Below, piece after piece: positions 49,047-63,129 of a stretch of 64,000 nucleotides of DNA. Position numbers and translations under genes: made by a program. The first letter of the stretch is position 1, and the number at the start of each line of letters is the position of its first letter. The DNA is from Podarcis erhardii (Eukaryota), in assembly GCA_964252035.1 (NCBI GenBank), contig OZ176207.1; one strand, 5' to 3'. The notes under the pieces are model-generated. The model worked only from the letters and a program-made list of their open reading frames with translations, had not been told where the DNA came from and ran no database searches.

Positions 49047-50559
49047 GGTCCTTCACACCAGAGTTGTAATCATTCTGCTTTTCATCATGACTTTTTTAGT
49101 GCTGCTTATGCAGAGGTTATTTGATTCAACATTACAGGACTATATCGCTGCTATTCAATTACCATTATTTTCCAGGACAAACAGCTCTGTGTGCAAGGTG
49201 TACAGTAATATAGCTATGATCCATATATATGAATGGTGATGTTGTTTTTAAGGTTCAGGTGTCCTCAGATGTTGCCAACATTATAGCGGACTAACAAATT
49301 AGTGTCTGTTCCTATATTAAAAATGGGGGGAAATTGTTTGCATTTTTTAATGGGGGAAGGGGATTGCTGATTATCTTACACTTAGGTGGCCTAGGGTTTT
49401 CTCTTTTTATTCTTGTTTTTGAACTTAAAACAACAACTCCACACTGGGCACAGTAGTGTTGAGGCTCTCTCTTCACAGCTTCTCAGTGGCTGCACTTCTT
49501 GGGAGTGATGGAATGCAACATAGCGTTGTGCCATTCCCAAGGCATTCCAAGAAGTGCCTCCTGCAAGAAACTGGAGAGTGCGTTGTGACAATTCCCTCCG
49601 GCCACACTTCCTGAAGTGCCATAGGTGATACATGACATGATGCAGCATGACCTCCCCAAGGCATTCCAGGAAGTGCAGCTGATGGGAAGTGGCAGAGCCT
49701 TGCACTACTGCATTTTTTAAAAAAAATGTGAAAAAGCAAGAAAAAAGGGGGCGAGAACCTTCAACCACCTCATAAAGTAAAGGTAAATGAAAACTCCCCT
49801 AAACACTTTGGTGAAATTTCCATTCCCTCTACCTAAACAAGAGCATTTTTTCTTTTTCTGGGGTGGGGGCCTTGCAGTAATTAAAAGTGGTGAGCAGTTA
49901 AAGAAAAAGCTTCATAAAATTAAGACTTAATTTGGCATTATATATATAAGCAAGTCTTCAAAGATTTGTGCCCCTCCTAAAAGCCTTTCTCTTCTGTCAC
50001 AGCTCATCTATTCTCTGAAGATGAGGGCATCCAGAGGAGAGCCTCAGAAGCAGATGTCAGTGCTCAGGTAGGATCATATAGGATTCCTCTAGACTCCTTT
50101 CTCTCTCCAACTTGTATCTGTTTCTCGGACACCTGTGCATTTCCATTTGGTGCCCAGGTTCTTAAATCTTCACACTGAAGTGTCTTCATTATTTTCAGAG
50201 AAGTGGAATTGTTGTGTCTTATTACTGACAGCTGATATTCATTAACCAATTTAAGTTGTCCCTCTTCAACCAAGAAAGTAAATGTAAAGAATCGAATGTC
50301 GATTTAAAGAAAGGCCACAACTGTATGTCACATTCACCCCAGCAGTGTAGGTACCTTCTTCTAAACTGAAAAGAGAGTCCACCTTGCCTTGTCTGCCTCC
50401 TTTAGGCAGCTCCCCTCCGACTTGGATCTTTGGTTTGGTCCTAAGGCTGATATATTTGCTGCCCATTTGTGGACCAAAAGAGGCTGCTCTTGCCATTGGT
50501 TGTCACAGGCCATTAAACATCTGGGATCAAGACCTCCTCCCCTCAGGGCCCACGGTTCC

Positions 50560-50960
50560 TCCATTTCCTTAGTGAGTGTCTCCATTAAGCTTTCTTTCAT
50601 GGAACACTTCAGTTTCTTCCCTCCCTTATCCTGTAGTTGCATATTACAGCTCGTTATAATCAGTTCAGTATACCACACTACCAAACGGCACCTAATCGAA
50701 CATCTTGCCCCACAGTTAAGGCAGTGCCATGCAGGTAACAAAATCCTTCCACTACAATCAATCTGATCAAACGATTACGTACCTTCCAACATTTCTCCGA
50801 TGAAAATAGGGATGTGCCTCCTGGCCACCCAAAAGACTTACCAGCTAATCCTAGGTAGATGGACTCTCTGACAGGACAGGGAGGAAGTCGGTCCAACAGC
50901 CTACTTCAGCCAGATCCAAAGAAGGCTTCCTCACAAGACAGAGCTTGGGCCTAGTCTAAA
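50560..50960 (-). mobile_element. Possible highly decayed L1-type ORF2 C-terminus
   Basis: Minus-strand fragments CPVRESIY...W...SEKCWK...EGF..AWHC loosely follow the L1 C-terminal C..REN.Y / CWKC / H.WW.C pattern across frameshifts. Confidence 0.3.
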
Positions 50961-52976
50961 CCATCTCATCTTCATTTACATGTGGGCAAAGATGCCCTTC
51001 TCTTCAGCAAGAGAGGGAATTCAATGGGACTTGCTCCTAGGTAAGTGTGAATAATCTTTCATTTATTTAGGGTGCTTCTCAAAGCTGCATTCCAAAAACA
51101 AACTAAAGTTGGCTGAGCATTTTCTTGAGCTTTAAGTTTGACCTCCTCAGAGTGGCTGTTGGGAGGCCCAAACTCCAAACGGTGTTAGCGGCGGATCTCA
51201 AGCATGAAGTTAAAAACATATAATCATCTAGTTATTATAAGTTATTATGGGGGGGGGGGGGAAGGTGTCAGTACTCACCATGAAGTTGTTACAATAAGTG
51301 CCACACTTTTAACATTTGACAATAAAAAGGTGCCGGTACTGCATACACTTGAATATCCACAGAAAAAAAATCACTGTCTTTATATATAAAAAATTATCAT
51401 CAGTGGGCATGCATCTTGGCTACAATTCTAAGAGCAACTTTAAGTGTTTCCAAAGGCACATCCAACGGAAAGTTTGACCTTTTTTTAGCTGAACAGTCAT
51501 TCCAGTCCATGCCTACCCTACCCCTTGCTCATGCCGTATCATAAACTGTTTATGATACTCCTATCAGGTTTTTTTTTTAAAAAAAAGAAAGCTTGTCATG
51601 CGAGTGACGGGGTGCATCAGAAACACAAATCCAAACCTCATTTGGACAGGCAGAACTACCCATGCTCTTACCAAAGAAATTAAAGTATAAGGAGTAGAGT
51701 GCATTAGTACCATTCACAATCCACAGAACAAAAAATTATACATATCTAAAGGAAGACTTGTGTGAAAACTGTCAAGACTTGCGTGAATAGCACTGTTTAG
51801 ATTCATTCCATCTTACACTGCAGAATCAATTCACAAGCATACAAATGTATCTACTTCAGAAGTGCGTTAAATTCTGTCCTCCAGTTTGAAGAACAATGAA
51901 AGTTAATTGCCCACTTTTCTTATTTCAAATTAGGTTTCGTTTTCAACTTTACAAGCATATTGCTTACATAAAATGCAATCCTTTTATCTGATATTGGCAC
52001 CTGATTTTATTGAGTTTTCCATATGGCACCTGTCATACCTTTTGTTTGTAAAGTGTCATACACATGTTTTACATTTATTCTTATTTTGCAGGATTTATAT
52101 ACCACTTAATTGTGAAAATTTCTAAGCAGTTTACAAAAACATAGATAGCACTATATAAAAATAGTAAATAATTTATATTTTCTATACAGTCAGCCTGAAA
52201 TTTCTTCATTTTAATGAAATAGTTTCACCACATTCCACCCCCCCCCCCGCATTCCTCAAGTTAGAAGTTATTGAGAGATTGACTGCTGCCTGACTTTAAA
52301 ACTGCTCACAATACCAACAGCATCATAGTACATTAAATCACAGCATGTGGCCAAACAGTAACTAAGAGGACAATCTTATGCTCCCCTAGGAGGGAAGTTG
52401 AGGAGCTTTAGGATTCTGTGAAACTTTCTGTGTTGGTAGAGAGGGAGGTCCACTGCCAAAGATCCCCTTGTGCAGTTGGAGACCTGCCAGAGATGCTCTG
52501 TGCACAGTGTAGGAAATAAATAATCATTCCTACATGTTCTGTGTGACAGGGCCCACAATGATAATTAAAACTTGACTTATTTCTATTGGAAGTGAATTCA
52601 TATGAACAAATGTACCACTTACAGCATATATTAAATATAAAAAAGGATATGTAAACACTATATTTTCTAAATAAAGAATATTCATTCTGTTATCTGGTAA
52701 TCACTCACCTTTACTTCTCCTAAATATATGAGCCATAAAAGGCTACTCAAACACAGCAGAGGAAACCAACAGACGTGAATAGAAAAACTCTACCAAAAAA
52801 ACCCACTGGTGTATGACACTCTTTAAGTCATACTGTGATTTGACAGCATCCGTTATTATAGAATGATGCTTGCTTGAAATATAATATTCTTAAACTCGCA
52901 ATAAAGCAAATAAATTTAATAAAATAAACTTATTGGATAGGTCAGCTTACTATATAGTGCAGAAAAAAGAACTCAC

Positions 52977-55406
52977 TGTGCTGTCATTTTCCTTTTCAGA
53001 AATTAAATTACCTCCACTGACCATCAAAGAAATGTCAGAGTTGCCATTGCAAAGGAGGTTCTCTGCTATTTGGACAGTGGGCTGCAGGAATGTCAGCTCA
53101 TTCCTCCTGGATTCAGAGGACAGACAGACCTGGTAGGAATAAGGCAAAGTTCCGTCCTCATAATTGGGTGGGAATATGGCACCAGCCTTTGAATGGGGGT
53201 CAGGAATAAAGCACTGAAGGAAAGTGGGGTTCCTTGACCTTCGAAGCTTCATCAGAATGGTCAGTATCACCGTCACCAGGAACAGAAAGGACACCAAGGT
53301 CAAGGCCAATACCAAATAAAACTGTAGATCAGACTGATATTCTGAGTCATTTGGTTGGGAGTTCATTTCTGGAAGAGCCTCCTGGAAGTTCTCAGCAAAC
53401 ACCAGACTCAAAGTTGTGGTGGCTGAGAGAGGAGGATGCCCATTGTCCTTCACCAGGATGACCAGCCTCTGCTTCACTGCATCTCTCTCAAGTAATGCTC
53501 GGACTGTGCGCACCTCTCCTGTGTGGGAGCCAATGCTGAAGAGTGAGGGCTCTGTGGCCTGCAGGAGATGGAAGGAGAGCCAGGCATTGTGTCCCGAATC
53601 AGAGTCCACGGCCACCACCTTCGTCACCAGATAACCCGACTCAGCTGACCGAGGCACCATCTCAAAGAAAGGTGAGCCCTCTGTTGATTGTGAGGGGTAC
53701 AGGATCTGCGGAGCGTTATCATTTCGATCCAAAACACATACTGTCACTGTGGCACTGCTATTGAGTGGTGGAGAACCTCCATCTTGGGCCTTCACTTGAA
53801 TCTGAAACTCCCTGAATTGCTCATAGTCAAAGGAGCGTTGGGCATAGATGATCCCGGTCTCAGAGTTAATGGAGACATAGGAGGAGAGAGGCAGATCCTT
53901 GATGTTGCTGTTAAGGATGGAGTAAGTGATTCTGGCATTGCGATCCAGATCTGGGTCAGAGGCCTTGATGTGGAAAATTGAAGCTCCAGATGGGTTGTTC
54001 TCTGGAATGTAGGCAGTGTAGGAAGATGTTTCAAAGGCTGGTGGGTTATCATTGATATCTGAGATCTGTATTGATATGGTTTTGTGTGTGGAGAGTGGAG
54101 GGGTGCCTTTGTCTGTGGCTGTGATTGTAATATTATACTCGGGAGTCCTTTCTCTGTCAAGGGCACCATCTATGAGGAGCTTGAAGTAATTATCTGAAGA
54201 TGAGACTATCAGGAAAGGTACAAGTTCTTTCAGGTGACAGGTGACTTCTCCGTTATCCCCAGAATCCCTGTCCTGAACTTTAATGAGAGCAATCACAGCT
54301 CCAGATGTGACATCTTCTGGAACTGGGCTGGACACGGAGGTAAGGATCACATCTGGAGCATTGTCATTCTCATCAAGAAGCTCAATCTCCATATTGCAAT
54401 GTGCCGCCAATCCTCCTCCATCACTTGCCTGAATTATCATCACATAATATTGACTTTCTTCAAAATCAACACTTTCTATAAGTGTAATTGTTCCGTCTCT
54501 GGGATCCAGATGAAACTTCTGTTTGGCTGTTTTTGGGATGTCACTGAAAGTATAAGTGATCTCAGCATTTGACCCTTCATCACTGTCAGATGCTTTGACT
54601 TGAAGCACAGAGGTTCCTTTGGGTGCACTCTCCTTCAGGCTCACTTTATACATTGTCTGGGTGAAAACAGGGGCATTGTCATTAATATCAATAACTGTTA
54701 TCAATATTTTGGCTGTTCCGGTTTTTGGAGGTTCTCCGCCATCCATGGCTGTAAGGACCATGTGGTGCATCTGTTCCTTTTCCCTGTCCAATTGTTTCTG
54801 CAATATTAATTCTGCATATTTGCCGCCATCATTGCCAGCTTGAATTTCTAGTTTGAAATATGGAGTTGAGCTCAACTGATAATTCTGGAGGGAGTTTGTT
54901 CCGATATCATCATCTTCAGCATTTCCAAGAGCAAATCGAGTTCCTGGCAGAGTAGATTCACTAAATTTAAGCTCAACATTTTCATTCCGGAAATATGGGG
55001 AATTGTCATTAATGTCTTGGATAAAAATATTTATGTGGAAAATATTCAAAGGATTGTGTGCCACAACTTCTAATTTGAGGACACAAGTGGATGATTTACC
55101 ACAAATCTCTTCCCGGTCTATCCTCTCATTCACATATAGGTTGCCATTTTGTTCATTCAAATCAAAGAATTGCTTTTCTGAAGAAATACCAAGCTTGCGC
55201 TTTGACAGCTCTCTGACATCCAACCCCAGATCTTTAACAAGGTTCCCCACAAAGGAGCCCTGCTCTGCTTCCTCTGGAACTGAATACTGAACCTTCTCAG
55301 ACACTACCTGGCAGCAGAACACAGAGCAGAATATGAACAGAAACAGTACTTGCCTCTTGGTGATCTCCCTTGTTCTCTCTGCCTGCTTTATTTCCATCAC
55401 ATCCAT
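52977..55406 (-). CDS. PCDHGB: V10: protocadherin gamma-B-like variable exon (divergent, neither X nor Y)
   Basis: ORF 52950-55454 (track start is non-ATG). First ATG 55406 (MDVMEIK); 55397 is an alternative. Gamma-B tail [16 protein letters not shown]. Donor ACA|GTGAGT at 52977/52976, phase 0. Confidence 0.93.
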
Positions 55407-55639
55407 TGCATTTCCTGATTTCTTCCTTCTTTCAGTATAGTTTGCAAGACTCAAAGTACACTAATGTGAGATAGTACCAATACTGTTCTTTTGAGCTGAT
55501 TCTTGGGAAACTGAGAGCTTTCCTTTCTTGAGCAGCTTTTAAAATAAAAGCTTTTCCTTTCTGCTCCGGTGATGTGTTAAGAGAGAGAGACTGCTCCAAG
55601 AGTCTCAGAAATGCTGAGCCATGGCTGCTCCCACGTTGT

Positions 55640-55676
55640 CCAACAGTGACACTCTGAGTCCACATGGGGAACTGTA
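55640..55676 (-). promoter_or_regulatory. CSE/CTCF site of V10 (CACT variant, short spacer)
   Basis: Minus strand TACAGTTCCCC...ACTCAGAGTGTCACTGTTGG. Confidence 0.8.
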
Positions 55677-57457
55677 TTTGCCATTTCAATAATGGTACAT
55701 AGCATATAATTTCTAATGTAGAGAACTGCTTTTAATTTACCCTTTACCATTGTTTTCAAGTTGTACCCCCCCTCCCAATGGATTGTTGATCAGACCTCAT
55801 AGTCATTCACTCCATTAAGAACTCTTTTGTGTATGCAGGTCAATGAGACCAGAGTTCCAAATTTCTTTCTTCCATGTTTAATGTGCATTAAAACAATCTA
55901 AATAATATTAGGAAATTATCACAAGTGAATTTTTAATATGTATTCCCGTCAGAGGTTCAGCTTGTGATAATTTTAGGTTGACCCACACAGTGATGTGTGC
56001 ATTTCATTAATGTGATCAAGAGGATTTGCCACTTTTATTTACAATAAGGGAAAACAACTTTTTTAAGCAATGTTTTTGTCTGGTGTTCAAATACTGTAAT
56101 CCCTAAATAATTCCCACTTTCTCTTAAACATCAAACAATTTTGTGGGAATCCAAGCATCCTCCCAGCATACTTTGCATTGTCCAATTCACACATTAGTAG
56201 AACTTCAGGATAGTCCTTCAAGGACATTGCCAGATATGGTCACCCAAACAACTCCCCCAAATTTCAGCACGTTACCATTCATTGTTTCCTTATAGGAACA
56301 AAAAAACCCCACATGCCTCATAAACTGCATCAATTTTTGCCATTGTAGGGTGTTTACAAATAAACTTGCAGTCACATTTCCAGTGATGCACCCATTGTAG
56401 CAGTGTGGAGCTACCTAGAAGAACACACCTTTGGCTGAAGCTGTTTTCATTCATATTATAGGGAGAAGGCAACACACGACACCTTCTCTGGGGTTCAAAA
56501 GTCTACTCCTACCTTACACTGGAAATCTCATTAAAGTAGAAAATACCCCCCCCCCCGAAAAAACCCCATTTGTGTGTTGCTACAGTAGTTCAATAGCAGT
56601 TGAAGGTTGCAAATTACAACGAGCATTATGCAACCAATCTTGCAATACAATTGCTTATAAATTTCTTCCCAGAGTCCCCTCACCATTAAATCTCCTCATT
56701 TTATCATGCTAAAATATACCAACAGCCAAAATAACTCAGCCAATAAAAGAGTTAAGTAAATTCATTATTACTTTTCTTAAAAAAATAAGTCTTGTAGCAA
56801 TGAGAATATCAGTATCAGCTTACTGGTGGGCAGTTGGGTATGTAGTGGAAAAAAAGGTTATTGGTTGAAAGATGGGAATGAACACTTATTTGTCAGAGGA
56901 TACTTGGCCCTAGTTTTCACGTAGGCAGATAACAACAAATTAGCAAGGCAGGTGAGGGCTCACATTTATATACTTATTTATTGATAGAGGTTTTTTAAAC
57001 CACCCACTATTTGGAAGTGTAATAAAAATATGAAATAAAAGCCAAATACAACATACTAAGTTAAAAAAATTAAGAATGCATTAAATCAGGAACTCACCTG
57101 CTGCACATGAAAATAGGATGAGCCTAGCCTTCTCCCTATCTCCTTTACATGATAGTTTCAATATGTAGTGAACTATGTTTTTTTATAGATGTGCACAAGA
57201 TTCTGTGAGCCTCCACCAGTAGTCCAAAGTAAGAGACAAAGACAGATCATCTGATGCATCAAGATGAAGATTTGTTGAAAGAAGTTACTTCACAGAAGGA
57301 TCGCGTATAAAGTAATAACTAAAAGAAGGGGGAGCTGAAAGTAATAGAAAGAAGACTGACATAGTTGTGAATATAATGAAAAAGCAGAGGTAGGTGGGAA
57401 ATATATTCTGATATTAACAAAACAAAAAAGCATGTTAATCTAAAATTGTTTGCTCAC

Positions 57458-59860
57458 CTGGACTACGATTAAGCCTTCATTGTTCAAGTTTAAATCTTCA
57501 CCAGGTAGGATTGGATCCTTTGCCTCACAAGCCTCTTTATTGTTCAGAGTATTGGAATAATTTGCCTTTCGAGAGTCTGTAGTGAGAGAAACCTCCTGGC
57601 AGTAGGAGTGCAGAAATGCTCGGACTCCGTCAATCCCCACAAACTGTGAGATAGGAGCGCCACTGAAATTCACACTCCCCGACTCAAGCAGCTGAGAATT
57701 TCGCCACCTGTGCAATTTGATGGCCAGTAACACAAGGAGGAAGATGAGGAACAAGCAGGAGACAAAAGCCACTGCAAGGACCAGGTAGAAGGTGAGGTCA
57801 GATGGAGGCTCTACAGGAGCTGAGATGCTGCTCAGGTCTGAGAGGATTGCAGGGATGGTGTCAGCCAGCACCACAGTCAGAGTGGCTGAAGCAGAGAGAG
57901 GTGGCTGCCCATTGTCCTTCACTAAAACTACCAGGCTTTGCTTGAGGGCATCTTTCTCCAGAAAGAAGCGGGCCGTCCTGATCTCTCCCGTGTGGAGCCC
58001 CAGAGTGAAAAGCCCTGGCTCAGTGGCCTTGATCAGCTGGTAGGAGAGCCAGGCATTCTGGCCAGAGTCCGCATCCACGGCCACCACCTTAGTGACCAGG
58101 TAGCCTGACTCTGAGGAGTGAGGGGCCAGCTCTATCCCCGTGGAGCCATCAGTGGGAGGGGAGGGGTACAGGATTTGGGGAGCATTGTCATTCTGGTCCA
58201 GGATGAAGAGAGTCACTGAGACGTTGGAGCTGAGTGGTGGAGAACCTCCATCCTGAGCCATTACATAGAACCGAATGTCTCGAAACTCTTCATAATCAAA
58301 GGAGGTCAGAGCATATATAACCCCCGTCTCAGAGTTAATGGAGAGGTAGGAGGAGAGGCGGGAGTCACTTCTTTGGTCATCAGTGATGGAATATGTTATT
58401 TTGGCATTTTCTTCCCAGTCAAGATCATTTGCTCTTAAGGAAGAGACCATCGCTCCTCTTTGGTTATTCTCAACAAAATAGAAAGTATAGTCTGTTTTTT
58501 CAAAGAGGGGTGGGTTGTCATTTGTGTCTAAAACATGAAGTGTGATAACTGTGACTGCAGAAAGAGGGGGCACTCCATGGTCAGTAACAGTGACAGTAAT
58601 ATTGAAGACTGACACCTGTTCTCTGTCAAGGGCACCATCAGTCACCAAACTGTAAAAGTTATCCATGGACTTCTTTAGCTGGAAAGGGAGGTTGCTAGGG
58701 ATTGAACATGTGATTTCCCCATTGATTCCTGAATCTCGGTCTTGGACATTTAATATGGCAATTACCGTTTGGGATGGTGAACTTTCAAGTATGGTGTTGG
58801 TGGCAAAGTTTACTGATAATTCAGGTGCATTGTCATTCAGATCTGTAACAGATATCACAACTTTTGATCTGTCACTCAGGCCTCCTCCATCTTTGGCTTG
58901 TATCTCAAATGCATATAAAGATGATTCTTCATAATCAAGATTCCCAATAAGGATGATTTCACCAGTTGTGGAATTTAACAGAAACATTTGGGAGTCTCGC
59001 TTTGTGATTTGTTGGAAAGAGTATCTAATGTCTCCATTGATTCCTTCATCCATATCAGTGGCTCTCGCTGTCAAAACTGTGGACCACTTGGGGATATTCT
59101 CACTGACACTCACTTCATAGAGAGGTTGGCTGAAAACTGGTGCATTGTCATTTGCATCAAGGACAGCGATGTGGATTTGTAATGTGCCAGATCTGATGGG
59201 ATCACCTCCATCAGTAGCTATGAGGAGCAAATCGTAAGCTGATTGTTCCTCTCTGTCCAGTGACTTTTCCAACACAAGTTCAGCAAGTCTGACACCATTT
59301 TCTTCTGTTTGCACATGCAAAGCAAAATGGCTGCTGCCTGTGAGTTGGTAGCTCTGCACGGAATTTATCCCCCAATCTGGATCTTGAGCTTTGGGTAGAG
59401 GGATCTGGAATCCAGGTATAGATGCCTCATTGATTTCCAGCTCCTGTTCCCATAGAGGGAAGTGGGGAGCATTATCATTTATATCCGTAATTTCCACTTC
59501 AATTCCATAAAGCTTCAATTTGCTTTCAACAAGAACCTGAAACTTCAACATACATTTCTCTGCCTCTCCACAAATTTCCTCTCTATCTATTCTCTCAGAT
59601 ATCTGCAAATGGCCATTGTTGGCATTCAAAGAAAAGTACTGAATCATACCTACAGGGTAAACAATGCGCAGTCCATGGTTTGGGAGCAGCTTGCCATCCA
59701 TACCCAGGTCCTTTGCAATATTCCCCATGGAAGAGCCTTTGTGCATCTCTTCTGGAATGGAGTAGTGGATCTGCCCAGAAACTGCCTTCCAAGAAAACAT
59801 CATGAAAAGGCACTGGAAGATTCCCTTTCTACAGTTCCACAGCCTCTGAGTTGCTTCCAT
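57458..59860 (-). CDS. PCDHGA: V11: protocadherin gamma-A-like variable exon
   Basis: ORF 57440-59860; gamma-A EC6 and cytoplasmic motifs as in V9; donor CAG|GTGAGC at 57458/57457; 2403 nt. Confidence 0.95.
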
Positions 59861-60050
59861 CCTTGCAGCAGGTTAAAGACCCTTAGATTTTCGTTCAAAT
59901 GATACTGTATCCAACTCTTTTCTAAGGAAAATGCACTTCCATTTCTTCTTTGCACTAAAAAGCAGCTTGTTCCTTCAGATATTTTGTGTTTGTGTTTAAC
60001 GGAAAGGCATCTTCGATTGGGCAGGATTTCTAATTTCTCCTCTGTTCTGG

Positions 60051-60087
60051 TGAACAGTGACACCCAGAGGATCAAGCCCAAACTGCA
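60051..60087 (-). promoter_or_regulatory. CSE/CTCF site of V11 (CACT variant, short spacer)
   Basis: Minus strand TGCAGTTTGGG...CCTCTGGGTGTCACTGTTCA. Confidence 0.78.
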
Positions 60088-63000
60088 AAAACTTCACTTT
60101 TGAAAATTAAATAAACACCATTTCACTGTACTACTGCTATTATATGCAGCTATAGCTAGGATAACTTTATTCTTTTCCCTTAGAATTTACCCACTAAGGA
60201 TAAAAAAGAGTGAGGACCTTTGTTGCTGTAATTGAAAAGGAGCAGGAAAGAGAAGTGTGTTTAGGGTTCCTGCCCTACCCCATTATTGGAAATTCTGAAA
60301 TAAATGTTATGGCTCTTTCTCAGCAATGTTTTCTGCTGGCTTTAATAAGGGAATATTCAATAGATTTTTTTCTTAACGGAGAAACAACACTAGTAAACCA
60401 CCAGTACATCTGGCACTTCACTCCTCTCAGCTCCTATTTGTTCATTCACATCTCTAGGTTGTTCATCTTCAAACTGAATTTTTATTTTTAGGTACGTGTT
60501 ACATAAGCCCTACTTAGGCATACACTGTCTGTACATGAGCAAACACATGAGGAGAAATATGGAGTGCTTCTTAGTCCTTTCCTGTCCAGCATTTCATTTG
60601 TACACAATCTAGATCCCTCCATGAATTTGAGGACCAAGGTGTGAGGTGGGGAGCTTACTCTACTTGTAGGGACCCCACACATGATTTAGAACTTTGCACC
60701 ATCATGTTTTCTTTGCTTACACTTGAGGAGATGGTTCAAACAAGGCTGTACTGGGTAGGAGATGCACATCATGAATGCCCCAGTTCAAACCAAACTTCAA
60801 CCATGAGCTCATTAGTTGTCCTTGGGCAAGACTCCCTTCCTCCTCTCTCTGGTTGAGTTCACACAGCCGTTTCCTCCATTTCCCTGATGTTTCCCTAACT
60901 ATTAATTTCTGCATTATATTCAAGTTTTCACATGGCATGAAATCCACTTCATTTCCATGTTATTTAATTGCAGGAAAAAATCCATTTGCTGCTCCCTTAA
61001 ATCGGAAAATAGCAGGAGTAAAGTGATGAAATTTGGGGCCGAATACATGGGGGAATGAATACATTCACAGCTATGGGTGGAATAGTGGCAATGTTATCCA
61101 ATGATGTTCATTGTTGCGTCACACCACACACACTGGTGTGAATGAAATTTAGTGGAACATGATATATTGCTCATATATTGATATGCTGATATATTGGTCA
61201 AAAATAACACAACTGGTACTGCACTGTGAAAGGATCACTGGAAAACAGAACAGAAGCACTAGTGTTCTGGACAGGAAAACTAATGCAATATTTGCCACAT
61301 CTAAATGTATCCTCTCTCCATCTCATCCACAACATGAGGAAAATAATGCTGATCTATCTTTCTGGGTTATTATGGGTTACAAGGGAATGTATATCAGCCA
61401 TTTTCTACACTAAAGTGCTCTATAAACACCAAGTATGACTGTACAGTGCAAAGAACTCCATGTCCTCCTTAATGTATTGATCACATTGTGCCTAGAAGAA
61501 AATAAAGCCAAGACGAATGCTATTAAAGCCAATTATTATTACTACACCACACCACATTACAGAGATAAAAAGAAGCAGGAAGAAATTGGCGACACATGCA
61601 ATGGGGTGGAGCTGTGGAGCCACCCTCCAACACTAGTGTTGTTGCTGGGACTTACCTGGTCAGGGCTGGGCTGACACAACTGTGTGGTTGGGGCTGTGCA
61701 GGTGCACCAGCAGCAGTGCTAAATGTTCCCACAGTTAAAAGCACATGACTCCAGCCTCACTCTGCCCCATCCAGGTAGGCAACATTGTATGGGGGTGGGG
61801 GGTGAATTCACCAGCTGCCCACCACCATGCATGTCACTACTGCAGGTGGGTAACTTTCAATGGCAGCTTATGAGCTCATGTGTGACAATCAGTTGTCAAG
61901 CTCAGAACAAGCATTATTAAAAACTAGCATGTGATGACCTGTTAAATCTCCAATCATCTTTCTTGGAGATCTTGATCTTCTTCTGCTTCTTGTTCTACAA
62001 AATCAGCACGACTACTAAAACTGCTATACTGAATTTGCTGAATGCTTTCCCCCAGAAGACAGAAAATCAAGCATCCGATACACTATGCAATGCCATAAAA
62101 GTTTCTTTCAAAATTGGTCTTCATCTTTCACTACAGAATATGCACTGGCAACAAACTTTTTGACACATTAGGAGCAATCCAGCATTAATGTATATGAAGC
62201 AGCAGATACAGGGGTGTGCAGCCGTATGCCCTTGCCAGATTGCCTTTCCATGGGAAAGCATTCCCAGCCAAAGAGGTGAGAGGGCATCTAACATTGTTAT
62301 GACTCAATAGTCATTTGTAACCTATGTTACTACAACATGGAAGCATGACTGGAGATGTTATAGGTAGAAATACTAGTCACATGCCACACTCAGCTACATA
62401 CATACTGTTGACCACAACTGTTCCAACTGGTCATAATTTCTAATCATAAATTGCAAATGCTCTTAGCTGTTTTGACTGTTATGCAAAGGGGGAAAGAGAT
62501 TTTGGGTTCATGATGCAGACATATTTTGGTCAGCATATAGGGCAATACAGGGACTCCTGTTTTTCCCTATTGCTCATTGCCTGTGTTTTGTCTTTCTAGT
62601 ATATGGTTTTTGGAGGTGGGGAATTGATGCATTTTATATATTTATTTAAAATAATTATATAGTACCAGTCCCGCACTCAAAGAGTATCTAGGTTGTGTAT
62701 AATATTGATTTAAGACCATATAAGCACCAGTTCAATGCAATAATATGCATAATAAAGTACAGTATATAATACTTTTGTCAGCAACTTAGTGGAGTTGAAC
62801 ACCAATGGCCAGCAAATACTTGGTCACATAGATACATCTTTAAGTTGATGAAAACACTGCACCGTACATTACTATTGAATTCAAAAGTGCAGACTGTTCC
62901 ACCACAGAGAATGCCATCCTTATGATTTCCAGAACATGTATTGATGCAGGTAAGGAGACCACCAGGAATGCCTCCACTGAAGATCTTGGTGAATAGATGA

Positions 63001-63129
63001 ATTGATATGAGAACAATCATTATCTTGAACAATCTTGTGCTAATTTGTTTTAGAAAGGATGAGGTAACATGTTGGAGAATTTAGGAGTGCTTCATTAATC
63101 TTTTTCTGACATGTTGGGACAGTCTCCTT

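Noticed and set aside
57091-57103. Consensus donor CAG|GTGAGT 360 nt downstream of the V11 donor
   Set aside because: V11 already has a strong in-frame donor, no upstream coding remnant was found, and such motifs occur by chance.
927-59902. Many 60-160 aa ORFs overlapping the Pcdh exons, some recurring with near-identical sequence (e.g. [10 protein letters not shown]..., MRRVKNLRAL...)
   Set aside because: They are antisense or alternative-frame shadows of the GC-rich homogenised tracts. Recurrence follows from paralog identity, and some are broken between paralogs.
62778-63032. Minus-strand ORF with a hydrophobic start and KDGIL..VC..EF, a possible second Pcdh relic
   Set aside because: Similarity to the gamma-B tail is too weak and not colinear; no EC6 or linker match.
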